Of a stretch of DNA of 64,000 bases, positions 36,576 through 48,199 are shown piece by piece (position 1 is the first letter of the stretch; the number at the start of each line of letters is the position of its first letter). The stretch lies in the NCBI RefSeq assembly GCF_964204865.1, contig NC_135254.1, positions 5,208,001 to 5,272,000 on the forward strand. The letters run 5' to 3'. A program made the translations under genes and the position numbers. The notes under the pieces are model-generated. The model saw only the letters and a list, made by a program, of their open reading frames with translations, made no database searches and was not told the origin of the DNA. The stretch is from Styela clava. Lineage: Eukaryota.

Positions 36576-37513
36576 ATGGCCACGGCTTTTCAGAGTAGTG
36601 ATGCCTTTATTTTGTCGACGCAACCGCAGGTTAAACTGAAGACAAGTAAATTAACAAAGCAGGACATTTTTAAATATGCTCGTATCGGTCATGGACTGAT
36701 TACTTTGCACAACCGAAAAATCATTATTATCCGTCGAAAAAGTCGTTCGGCAGAGATTTCGAGGCGATGAATATGTATTTTTGGTTAATTGATATATTTT
36801 ACGAGTATATGTATTTAATAGCACTAAAGAGAAATTTATTAAAGATCTTGAGATTATTCTATCCACGATAACAATTTGCAAGATCGCAGAAAAGTATCGA
36901 AACTAAATACAATTAGGCATGTTTATCTCATATTTTTACATCAACAGATTGGGTGGTATATTAGACTACTAATGTTTATATTTTGACGCAAGAATACGCA
37001 ACCGCGAGTTACGCTGGACACAATTATATGAATATAGAAATATATTGTTGTAGTTGTCATGAATTGAATATTTTACGGGATAGAAAAGTCGGTATACGCT
37101 GAAAAAGTCAGGTCTTCTTACAAGCGCGTAATCGCAGCGACTATTTCCCATTTTTACCCCGCCCCTTTTTAGAAAATCCTGGTCGCGCGCCTGGTTAACT
37201 GGGTACTTCACGGAAGCCAAAATATTGACCATTTCAGCGTTCGTTACATGGATATAACCATAACAAAAATGATAGAATAAATTTCATTTTCTTCAGTATT
37301 GACGCGTTCACATTGTTACTAGCTACAAAACTAATCGTGAGTGGCCTTCAAACCTATTGCACGTTATCCTATAAAATAAATCTGTTTTACATCCTCTCAC
37401 TATTCAAATCAGGTAGTTGACTATGAAAACCAAACACATAAAAATATTTGGCACGCGAAGGTGCTCGTTATACATAAAATGACACGCGGATTACAAAATG
37501 TTGCCGACCCCTG
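35659..37513. mobile_element. Non-autonomous hAT element (left ~0.9 kb duplicated at 33820-34736)
   Basis: Perfect TIR caggggtcggcaac / gttgccgacccctg; TSD atttacat at 35651-35658 and 37514-37521, also at 33812-33819. Confidence 0.92.
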
Positions 37514-39310
37514 ATTTACATGGACGTTAGGTTAAATAAATACCGCTACACGTTTCGTTTATTGAAGAAAATGTGACAAGGAGGTGCAATGGAAGTACAA
37601 CAGGGCGGACCATAAAAATGTTCGACCATTTGCATGAATTATGTTTTTAGAGAGTATATGCCTACTTTTCTATGGAGTATACCCTCGACTAAAACAGTAG
37701 TTACGAACTATAAACTAACGAACTTTTTAATTAGATCCTTGGGTGTCCCTGCTCGATAACCAGCTTTGGTTTCTCGCAGCCTCCCTTCCCCACTTGAAAT
37801 GTGTGATTATCCTTTCTCTTCGTATTTTGTGTTGAACTGACATTTTTACTGGATAGAAAAAATAAACTTGACTTCCAGAAGTCTTTACTTCAATTTACGT
37901 GCGTGATATGAGATTAGCAAGTCTTCATTTGCGGTCTAAATTGCAGGCTTCCAACAGTGATAAAAACCTTCTACTAAAACTCAAAATGCATTGATTTCAA
38001 GGCGGCCCAGAAGTATGTGTACCAATATGGAGGTATCTAATTTTGTTCGCCATTTTACTTCAAGTCGTGTAAAAGGATTGAAACCTATGGGCAGGAGGAT
38101 ATATTCACTTGGCTAACACAGACAGTCCCCAAACTCTTAATAGAACTAAAATAAGAATAATCGGAATAAAATTATGACCCAACCCTCAATTGGTAGACAT
38201 ACTGCGGGAGTACCAATTTTATCAAATGTTCTCAATAGTCTATTGAATGCTCGCATACGCCAAAGTTTTCAATGTCAAAAATTGATTTTCTCTAAGTTTA
38301 ACTAACAATTCACCACCCTAGTAACATTGAATTTCATTGACCCAAATAGAATACAATCATGAATTTACCCAACAAACATAAATAAAAAAACTACAAACAT
38401 TTGGTGTAATCTTACTAAAAAAAGATAGAACCAGGCAGAACTATAACTACAACTGTGTAAAAATAGGCAGTGTTATAAAGCGAATTCATCTGGAAACGAA
38501 AAAGCAATGCTTAAATATAAATATGATATCACTGGCAAGACAAATAGAACCAACAATGCAATGTTATCTTGAGCTATTAGTAGCAAGTTGTACTTCCGCG
38601 ATTTCAACTGGGTGCCACAATGCCAGGCGCACTAATTTTACTTTACTAGTTTCAGAAATTTGCTGGTTGTCTGGCTGAGCTAACAAGACTCCAACCCTGT
38701 GGCTTTTTCATCGCAAAAAGGTACATATCAACACCGACCAGTTATGGGTTCATTTACCATCTTAGTCCAAGAATTCGGTTGAATGATCAGCATTTTAAAT
38801 CAACGGTGAAGATTGGTTGATCATAACATACAAACGACATAGAATTTGTGGTACAAACTATCTGCTTCTATGCTTTGCAATGCTGGATTTAAATGAAAAT
38901 AACAAAGCAATACTACAAAAAGAGTAAAGATAGCGATCCAGAAGTGTGTTTACCAGTATGAAAGAAACTGATTTTTTTCACCTATTTTACATTAAGTTGT
39001 ATAAAGGGACTGAAACCTATGGGCAGGGGGTATATTTACTCCGCTAACACAGACAGTCCCCGAACCCGTAATAAAACTAAAAAAAGGAAAATCAGAATAA
39101 AATTATGGCCTAACCTGGTACACACACTACGGGAGCACCAGCTAATCCAAGAGTATCATTGCACATTAACACATTTCTGTAAGATTAACGTTACATAAAT
39201 AAATTTGTATGTAAGTTCCCAGTAATACTTTACAAACTTAAAAAATGACAGAAATATCCAAAAGGACATATGCATTCCGATTTAAATCTAAACACCAATT
39301 GGACTGACCA

Positions 39311-40882
39311 CTAAGCTCTATTCTGTAATGTTTTCTGGAAATTTTTCTTCTTTCGTCTTTTCTGTGGACTCTGTGGAGCGTCCGTGAACAACGAATCATC
39401 TGCAATTTTATCCCCACGACGTAGTTTGCCTTTCAGATTCGGCTCTGCGTATGAAACGCCCGAAGCAGCTCTACGTCCTGTCCTCCGAGGAGCGGAATTT
39501 TCTTTATTTATATCGTTGTAATTGTTCAGTTTGATTCTTTTATTTTCATCAAGTATGAAACTATCACTCGAACAGCTTAGGAAATCATAAGCAGTTTTGT
39601 TCATCAAATCTTTCTTAGTTCCAAACTTGCTAGTTCCTTTGCTCTGCTTAGCTTTGGGTTTAATGGGATTAAGGTTACTAAAAGGTTCGTTGACGTTTTG
39701 ATCTTCCGAAGTTGTGTGTTCAGGATTGCGTGGTGTTCTAACACTGTCGCTATTTTCTCCATCAGAGTTATCAGAGAGATTTAAACAGTTTGGGCTGGTA
39801 GTTTCTGAAATACTTATTTCTGCATTTTTTACAGATGCTACATTTTCACTTCTAACATTCCCATTCATGACATCACAATCATTGTTAGCATCGTCTATTT
39901 CATCACAATCATCATTCAAGCTTTCATTAACCAATGAATGAGAACTACCAGAAATGTTTAAATTCAAATTCATACAACTTGGACGACCATGGTTAACACT
40001 GAAGTTGAAGTCAGAGTCTGCAGAAATATTTAAATCTAATGCATGCAAATCTTCGCAATCATTTAAAATTTCTTGACCATCAGATTGTGAGAACTCTTCT
40101 TCCTCTGCCAAAAGAGACATTTGGTTATTATCAGTCTTTTCAGATGACATAAATTTAGGGCTGTGTTGGTCTTCATAGTCATTCCTATTTACTGATAGCA
40201 CGCCATCACCATTTTCTAAAGCCTTATCTTCCACTATGGGTTGTTTTCTCATAACTCTCCTAGGCCTCTGTGTTATACTGCTACTCAAAAATCTCTCCTT
40301 CACCTTCGAAGTTGAAATTTCATCCTTTTGAGAGTCACGATTTTCCTTGTAGATAGAGTTTGTGGCTCCGCTTCGTTCGGTGATGTTATTTAAAGTAAGA
40401 TTGGCATCGTTTGAAAGATTCGGGATTTGAAAATTGAGAGAAAAATCTGAATTGTTTCCGTTTTGTACTGAGTCAATCGCACTCATGACATTGTCGAATT
40501 GTTCTCGTAAAAGGAATGCGTATTTCAAGATATTCTTTTTAGCTTCAACTTCCTTTTTGAGCTTAATATTTTTCTCCGTTACAGATTTTAGTTTCTGTTG
40601 GTTAGCAGCGTGTTCCACCATCATTGAAATCTGTTTGTCTCTGTACATGTGATTATCATTTTCCAATTGAGAGTTATTTCGACGAATTTTCGCAAGTTTT
40701 GTGACACAGATTTTATTTTTATGCTCCAATGCACACAATTGTTGTGAAACAAAGGACTTATTTTGACCCGGATCTTGATGTGCTCTTCTGTTGCCTTTTA
40801 CGTTTCGAAGATGGTCAATGCTACGATCAAAGGAAGTATTTTCCAATCTTGGCCAGTCTACTCTACTTGTATTTGCTTCCAT
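39311..40882 (-). CDS. SGO1: Shugoshin-family centromeric cohesion protector, single exon
   Basis: 523-aa ORF with an N-terminal coiled coil and the C-terminal basic SGO motif RRAASGVSYAEPNLKGKLRRGD. Confidence 0.85.
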   Translation of the reverse strand: MEANTSRVDWPRLENTSFDRSIDHLRNVKGNRRAHQDPGQNKSFVSQQLCALEHKNKICVTKLAKIRRNNSQLENDNHMYRDKQISMMVEHAANQQKLKSVTEKNIKLKKEVEAKKNILKYAFLLREQFDNVMSAIDSVQNGNNSDFSLNFQIPNLSNDANLTLNNITERSGATNSIYKENRDSQKDEISTSKVKERFLSSSITQRPRRVMRKQPIVEDKALENGDGVLSVNRNDYEDQHSPKFMSSEKTDNNQMSLLAEEEEFSQSDGQEILNDCEDLHALDLNISADSDFNFSVNHGRPSCMNLNLNISGSSHSLVNESLNDDCDEIDDANNDCDVMNGNVRSENVASVKNAEISISETTSPNCLNLSDNSDGENSDSVRTPRNPEHTTSEDQNVNEPFSNLNPIKPKAKQSKGTSKFGTKKDLMNKTAYDFLSCSSDSFILDENKRIKLNNYNDINKENSAPRRTGRRAASGVSYAEPNLKGKLRRGDKIADDSLFTDAPQSPQKRRKKKNFQKTLQNRA

Positions 40883-41726
40883 TTTAGGTCTTTGCTACAA
40901 ATCCAAAACTTATCGGGGTGTACATTCACTAGTGATGTAATAATTAGATCTGCGACAAATAATAAAACAAATATTGAATGAGAAATAACATTTGAAAAAT
41001 TCAATAGAGTGCTAAATTTGACTCGATAAGTATGAACCACTCTGTAAATTACCATGCTATGTGAACATTGTATTAAAATAAAACAAAAATGCTAGACCAG
41101 TGGTTCTCAAACTTGCGCCCCCTTTTCAGAAGATCACATGTAACAAATATTTTTAATTAGCTTCGCGGCCCATCAAAAATTGTGGGGCTCCCGAAGTATG
41201 CGAACCAAGATGGCGGACATCGGAATGTAATATGTGTACCATTCATTTTTATTTTTAATTAGCTTCACGCCCCCACAAAAAAATTGTTTATCCCCCTCTA
41301 GTGGGGCACACCCCACCGCCTGAGCACCACTGCATTAGACAATCACACAAAATGATTCGAAAGCAAAGTCATTAATAAAGGCGTTGATGAAACAAAAAGT
41401 GAATCTGGTAAATCTAGACTCGTAGTGAGATCCAAAAATACTTGAACTTCGACCTTAATAAAATATTTGAAGAACCCAGATGCAAGCAAAATTTGATAGA
41501 AACTACTGTTCCACTACTTAAGAGGCGTATCTGAAACAATATGTCAGCATTTCTTTTTTGCAATTTCATATACCGGTACCTTAAATATTGTGTTATTTCA
41601 TATAAAGGGCAGCAATTCTCATCTTAAATTGTTCAATAACAGCATTTCTAATATGCAAATTCTCTCGACTTTATTCATTATTCCAAATATAATTTTCAAG
41701 CATTCCTGCGTTTGGTTGGAAAAATC

Positions 41727-41883
41727 GGGTCTCATGTAGTTTCGTACCTAACATACTTCTAGTAGGCGTAGCAGAACGTAAATTTTGGATGGCGTAGTCA
41801 GATGGGAGTTAGGAATGACACATCAAAAAATTGTTATGCTAGGCCCATTAGAAGTACGTTAAGTACGAAACTACACGAGACCC
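41727..41883. mobile_element. Foldback MITE just downstream of the ZC3HC1 stop
   Basis: ~50-bp inverted arms gggtctcatgtagtttcgtacctaac / gttaagtacgaaactacacgagaccc; flanks gaaaaatc / aaaaaatc. Confidence 0.8.
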
Positions 41884-41949
41884 AAAAAATCCTATGCTAG
41901 AAATATTGTGTTACTTCTTGTATGATCAATATGACTGAAGAATGAAAAT

Positions 41950-43338
41950 CTATTTATATCGAGACCATTCTTTTAACAGTTTTCTGACATGAATTACCGG
42001 ACTTCCGGAAGCAGCAATTTTGGCGTCGAAGTTCGTTTGATCTCTGGCTGGTGAATTTCCATCCAAAATAGAGTTTGAACTTTCGTTTGTAACATTTTGC
42101 ACTTTTTCACTTGTGTTCTTTTTATCGAGGATTGTGTTCTTGACTACCAACCACCCTGGCTTTGCTTCCTTCATGGTGGGATTGATAATAAAATGATATA
42201 AATCGTCATTTTGATCTTTGTCAGTTACGGATGCTCCCTTTTTAGCAGCGTCACTTTCAAACTCAACTTTTGATATCGGGTTTAGAGTAGTAATCCAAAA
42301 CGACCAAGGTGAATGTTGTTCCAAAGGATGGAAGTTCTGCTTTGTGATTGTTTTTCCTCGAGGAGAACCTAAAGCGCTTTCGGTGGCCGTTTTCAATTTT
42401 TTGATCGGTGACTGAGAATCTTCACCATTTGTTGTGCTTAATCGTCTTTTTAATGTTGATTGACCATTAGAAGTAAGCAGTGCAGCTGCTTGAGAATGGG
42501 ACTCATCGCTGTCAGAAGATAGAGAGTTACTTCCAAGTTGGAAAAAGCTTCGTAGAGACATTACCCTTCCTGAATTTTCACATATGATAGTTGGTGACTT
42601 TGAATCTAAACTGTGACTTGTATCCCAACCACACATCGCAAGTATTGCCGCTGTTATTTCAACAGTAAATTTAGATTGAGATTCGACAGTATCACTCGCG
42701 TTACTTTCTGAATCCTGCTGTGTTTGACACAGAACTCTTAGGTCAGCTTTTGACAAGTTCAGAGCAGTTGTAATGTTTGGATCTAAATTCGGGAGTTTTG
42801 TTCCAAGCTTTATGAGATTTTTTTCACGTTCTTGATACTGTGATAAGATCTCACTTGGTGATGCACTACTGTGAAAAAACGGAGAAACAAATGAATTGGA
42901 ACATGGGTAACTCGGCCATGAACATATTTTCATGTGAGATGTTATAACTCTCTGTCGGTAATCAAAGCACTGCTGACGATAATTATCAGCATCAGGCCAT
43001 GGAAGACGGACACACATAACAGCGGCACATGAACAACATTTAACAGTGTCTACACCGATACATTGCCAACCATATTGAGCAAATAGGGGAGGACTCAATG
43101 CAAGAGGTTTTGCCATCCATTTTGATACAGTAAATGTGGCAACTCTCTCAGTGAAGGATTCCAATCCTCTCTGCTTTTGTGATACAGTATCTGCTTCTCC
43201 CTTTGCTTTCTTAATGAACGAGAAAAGCGTGTTCTTCACTTGAGAGACGAAAGATTTTGAAGATCGCTGGGCAACAGGTGGCGATGTAGCTCTATTACCT
43301 AATAATGAGGTCGATACGCCCTCATCAGACTCTGACAT
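41950..43338 (-). CDS. ZC3HC1: ZC3HC1/NIPA nuclear basket protein (zf-C3HC plus Rsm1-like module), single exon
   Basis: 462 aa; RVATF...WMAKPLALSP...AQYGW...KCCSC...HMKICSWP; second module LAMCGW ... FHPLEQHSPW. Confidence 0.9.
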   Translation of the reverse strand: MSESDEGVSTSLLGNRATSPPVAQRSSKSFVSQVKNTLFSFIKKAKGEADTVSQKQRGLESFTERVATFTVSKWMAKPLALSPPLFAQYGWQCIGVDTVKCCSCAAVMCVRLPWPDADNYRQQCFDYRQRVITSHMKICSWPSYPCSNSFVSPFFHSSASPSEILSQYQEREKNLIKLGTKLPNLDPNITTALNLSKADLRVLCQTQQDSESNASDTVESQSKFTVEITAAILAMCGWDTSHSLDSKSPTIICENSGRVMSLRSFFQLGSNSLSSDSDESHSQAAALLTSNGQSTLKRRLSTTNGEDSQSPIKKLKTATESALGSPRGKTITKQNFHPLEQHSPWSFWITTLNPISKVEFESDAAKKGASVTDKDQNDDLYHFIINPTMKEAKPGWLVVKNTILDKKNTSEKVQNVTNESSNSILDGNSPARDQTNFDAKIAASGSPVIHVRKLLKEWSRYK

Positions 43339-43512
43339 ATTTGAACCTATGAGATATGCGGAAAATGATCAATTTAACATGAGAATACTAGCAATAAAAG
43401 TAATAAATGACAAATAACATATATAAATTTCTTGATTAAATTACAAAATCAAATATGCGTTGGCTTACACATCGGAAAAATCATCACAATTCAACAAAGC
43501 ATTTCAAAATAA

Positions 43513-43911
43513 TCAGTTTGCGTTATAAAATGTTTTTGATAAGTCTGCAACTGCCTGCTTCACACCACCAAGATATTCTTGTAACTCCTCTCCAAGATCC
43601 AGAATTAGTCCTATGTTGCATTCACTGTTGGTTACAAAACTGACGGTCAAAGGCTGTCTAGTGAACTTTATAATATTGTAGTTACTATAAGAGCATATAA
43701 TGTATTTATTTCTTCCGTAGCCAAGTTTACTGGCTTGATCAGTTGCCAAGGTAAAAGTCCCCAAAAATGCAGGCCGCAGGGTGTAATCAGGTGCCTTTTC
43801 GTTTGCAATTTTCAGAACAGGTACTCCATCTCTATCTGAAACAACTATTGCGTACAGACCGTCAACGTTGCTAAGTTGCCGATAGAGAAATTTCTTCAAA
43901 TCTTCCGACAT
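43513..43911 (-). CDS. LAMTOR3: Ragulator subunit LAMTOR3 (MP1), single exon
   Basis: MSEDLKKFLY...GLYAIVVSDRDGVPVLK...LRPAFLGTFTLATDQASKLG; true ATG at 43911, preceded by a pyrimidine tract and CAG. Confidence 0.96.
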   Translation of the reverse strand: MSEDLKKFLYRQLSNVDGLYAIVVSDRDGVPVLKIANEKAPDYTLRPAFLGTFTLATDQASKLGYGRNKYIICSYSNYNIIKFTRQPLTVSFVTNSECNIGLILDLGEELQEYLGGVKQAVADLSKTFYNAN

Positions 43912-44791
43912 TATTCTGATAAGCGAAGTGAACTTAAAGATAAAAATGAAATACTGTTGCCAGATTTTTGTAGATATTTGTGCCACCTCATTGGATGTTC
44001 AATTTTAAGTTGAATTGATATAACTTTTCTAGGGTGGAGGTCTTTAAAGTTTTAAATTGGAAGATTTTGTGTGTTCCAAATTTTACAATGCTAAAAAATA
44101 CGATTAGTTGTTTAATTTTATGGAATACAATATGAGAACTATAGCAATATGGCAACAGTAAAGGCCGCGCGTGATATTTTACTCTCTTGTTCTAACATTT
44201 ATTATTTATCATATGGGAAAATATCTTTTATATTTTCTTTCAAATAACTATATAATTTTAATTTTCGTGTTTTTCCAATGTTTTAATTTTTTTCAACATA
44301 TTATAATTAAAAGGGTAATTTTAATCATTAGTCTCCCTGCGTCGTGTTAAATTCAAACCGGTAAAATATAAAACGAATTTCACGAGTAGTTTCTAACTTG
44401 GGTGAATTGCCTTGTCACCATTCTGCCATTCCAGTCCCTGGTCCCAACTAAACTCTTACATAGATAATGGGATAGCTTTATTGTGTTGAAGATAGTTTTG
44501 TTTGAAGTTTAGGAAGATATTCCACCCCGTTCCGATAATTTAAGGGTCGTTTCCGTACCGGTAATTCAAAGTCAGATTTGTTTTATTTGTCACTTAAATC
44601 GAAGAGTTTTAACATACGGTAATTTTAGGGCAGTTGTTATACGGTACCGATATCTCTACATGTAGACTATGTATTTTTTATAGTTTTTTTTCTGTATTTA
44701 TTGTGAGTTGGCATCCCTGTAGTATTCTGGTATTATTCATACCCCAGCCAGACAGGCCTGTCAGTCTGTAATATGGCTTATATCACTGTAT

Positions 44792-45210
44792 CAGGGGTGG
44801 GCAACCTTTTATCGCTCCTGGGCCAAGATTAAGGGTTGCACATCATTGGCGGACCGCACATACGGTATCTCTAGAAAGTTGAAAACCGAACGGATGATAG
44901 TTTTTATAATGAAAATCAAGCAGTGATACATCTCTCGAATATAATGTAGATTTATTTCCTCATTGCATTGCATCTCAAAAAGTTCCATTTGAATATTTTT
45001 GGCGCTATTGAACCCTTTGCACTTAGCATCATTAAACTAGTCATTGTAAATTTTATACTTAAAATTTAAGATTATAATATAATTTAGTCTACACGTGTCT
45101 CACAATAAATTCGGTTACGTAAAGAATATAATCGTCAAAACAGCTGTTTTGATACTATAATTCAGTGAAGTGTCGTGGGCTGGATCGGGGCCGTAGGTTG
45201 CCGACCCCTG
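44792..45210. mobile_element. hAT MITE in the LAMTOR3-SNRPA1 intergenic region
   Basis: Ends caggggtgggcaacct / aggttgccgacccctg. Confidence 0.8.
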
Positions 45211-46003
45211 GCTTATATCAATTTACAGAGGTATGTAGTTTAGGAGGTCAAAATGGGATTGAGTCCAATTTTCTGATGTGGCTTTATCGAGAGAAATCTC
45301 AAATGTGATATAAGTGATCTCCATGTTCATTTCATTCCTCAGTTTCTAAGAAGTTTTGTGGGAATCACTAATTTTGCTTAACTCCTAAATTTTATTTATG
45401 ATATTTCTGAAATGGAATCCAAGTTCAATAGGGTATGCTTAAAGCAGTTTTATCATTAAACATATTATATTACATGTTTGAAGTTTGCATGACCTAGGCA
45501 ATTTTTTATCATTATTACTGTAATTTGTCTTATTAATAGGATAGGATTTACATAATCACACGGCCTATCGTCCAATTACCATTCCATGTCGAGTATGGGA
45601 TTAATTAGTTACTTGTTTGTCTTGAAATCAATATCAATTTTGACTTGACTTGTTGAGTTTGATACTCTGTCCTTCTTGTGGCGCTCCAGAAGTATGTTTG
45701 CCAAAATGAAGGTAACTAATTTTGTTCGCATACTTTACGTCAAGTTGTGTAAGGGAACTGAAGCCCATGGGCAGGGGGTATATTCACTCAGCTTACAAAG
45801 ACGGTACCCAGACTTGTAATAGAACTAAAATATGGAAAATCAGAATAAAATTATGGCCTAACCTGGTACACACACTACGGAAGTATTGTTGTCAATCTAC
45901 TAACATTTTATTATATCTTCAGATATTCTCTGACTCTATAATCGGTATGATAACACTGGAATAAAGTTTTTATTCTTTCTAAAAAAGCTGTTGAAACTTG
46001 ATC

Positions 46004-46768
46004 ATGGTGAAATTAACCCCAGAGATCATCGAGCAAGCAGTCCAGTATGTAAACGCTGTACGAGATCGTGAACTGATCTTACGAGGCTACAAAATTCCTG
46101 TCATTGAAAATTTAGGTGCGACTTTGGACCAGTTTGACACAATAGACTTTTCTGATAATGATTTACGAAAGTTTGAAGGTTTTCCGTTGCTCAAACGGAT
46201 AAGATCTTTGATGTTTAACAATAACCGTATTTGTAGAATCGAAGAAGATATTCATCTGAGTATCCCTAACTTGAAGGAGCTTTACTTCACGAACAACGAA
46301 ATTGCGGAATTGACCGATCTTGATTATTTGGAAGGATTTAAACACTTGGAATTTTTGAGCCTATTGCGCAATCCTGTTACTCATCACAAAGAATATAGAC
46401 TTTATGTTATTCACAAATTACCACAAGTACGAGTTTTAGATTTTCGTAAAGTTAAACAACGTGAACGAGAAGAAGCCAAAAAACTATTCGGTTCGAAAAA
46501 AGGGGAAACACTGCTCAATGACATCAAACAAAAATCAAAGAATAGGACTTTCACTCCAGGAAAACCAACACAGCCGACTGCCTCCATTTCAGGGCCGTCC
46601 GCTCAGGATAAGCAAGCTATCAAGGAGGCAATCATGAAAGCAAAATCTCTTGAAGAGATAGAAAATCTAAAAAGAATGCTTCAATCTGGAAAAATCCCCG
46701 GGAAAGATAAAAACGGTCTCACAAACGGTGCTGATAAAGAAGAGGAGACTGAAATGGAAGTGTCCTAA
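46004..46768 (+). CDS. SNRPA1: U2 snRNP protein A', single exon
   Basis: MVKLTPEIIEQAVQYVNAVRDRELILRGYKIPVIENLGATLDQFDTIDFSDN; LRRcap YRLYVIHKLPQVRVLDF; C-terminal AKSLEEIENLKRMLQSG. Confidence 0.97.
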   Translation: MVKLTPEIIEQAVQYVNAVRDRELILRGYKIPVIENLGATLDQFDTIDFSDNDLRKFEGFPLLKRIRSLMFNNNRICRIEEDIHLSIPNLKELYFTNNEIAELTDLDYLEGFKHLEFLSLLRNPVTHHKEYRLYVIHKLPQVRVLDFRKVKQREREEAKKLFGSKKGETLLNDIKQKSKNRTFTPGKPTQPTASISGPSAQDKQAIKEAIMKAKSLEEIENLKRMLQSGKIPGKDKNGLTNGADKEEETEMEVS

Positions 46769-48199
46769 ATTCACCTCCAAAATTGAATGTAAAATGATAA
46801 AAAAACGGTGGATTTTTCAGGATTACTTTGGGCTGTGAGGCGAAGACGTGTTACTACGCTATAAGAACTAAATCTGGGGACTATATTTGAACTGGCCTTA
46901 GTTGAAAAGTACAAAAAAAGTATTGATTTGTCACGCTTAATCTGCATTAAAAAATCAAAATAGTGTCGACTAGAAGGGTAAAAAGTAGTGTTTCGGCTCA
47001 CTTTTTTGCACCAAAACTATAATTAAAGTACATACTTTGTTGGCAAATTATTTTTTGTATCGTTTTTTAAAATATGCATATTTGGTAATTATCATATGAA
47101 ATTGAATTCCTATTAATGTAAAACGTACAGAAACAAGTTGAGATGATTTCTTCGAGAGACTTTTTAATTTTTACAAGAGACAATTATTCAACAAACATAT
47201 GTAATGAAGCCTAATCAGACTTACTATTTCACAATACTTCAATAAAAGCTAAGGCCGTCAAATAGTCCTTACAGCAGTGGGTCTCAACCAGTGGGCCATG
47301 GCCCACTGCGCGGTCACGTTAACATTTTGATGCTAATTTCATTTGTGTCACTATAGTTTAATTCTAATTGTAGTGGCAATGAATGAATGGTGCTGTTTTT
47401 CCTACTGAGCGGGCCACAGAATTTGGGTAACAAAATAAAATAAGTTGAGAACCGCTGTCTATCAAAGTTGAATCTTCGCTTTGGTGAAAAGGTTTAATTT
47501 GGGCCAAGAGGCAAGAACAGATCACTAACACTGCATAATTCCAACTGTGCAACATTCTCAGTTCATACAGGGTCAAAGGTCAGATTGACCTTCCCCCTAT
47601 TATATTTTTATCGTGTACATACATTTCGTAGTGATCTTTTCTACTGTTTTTTTTAATCCTAAACGCATCAATGACGAGTTTCACGTCTGATATTTCAAGC
47701 AATGTGCATTTTGGAATTTTCTCAAGTCTTATGTAGATTAAAACTGTCGTTTATACAGTATGTTCTGGTTATATTCTTCATATTTCCTGTTTACCTTCCA
47801 AAAATGGACTTTTGACAACTTGGCAATGATTCCAATTCAATTTGGCTCAATTTTTGAAGGGCGTATTGTTGTTCATGTTTAGTTTTTGAAAATGCCCATT
47901 TTCTTCGTTTGCGTCATAAAACTGGCTATCTGAACAGCGAAATCTAACAGGAAAATAAATAGACAAACTCTCACAACTGGTGGAAACAAAACTTGAATGT
48001 TTTGTTCCGGATGTCTGATTGTCTAGCAAAATAGTTCTCCTAGGAATCTATGCGACTAGTTGTCTTAACTTTGGAAGACTTGAAAAAAATATTAGACTTC
48101 GTCTAGGAATGTATATGTTATTTGAACTTATTTCTTACTTTTATTTTACTGTAAGCTATGATTGATTTGCAGTGATGCTTTGTAACTGCTATGGCCAAA

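Noticed and set aside
43912-43986. 25-aa N-terminal extension of LAMTOR3 in the ORF track
   Set aside because: It starts at a GTG and spans the pyrimidine tract and acceptor; the conserved start is the ATG at 43911.
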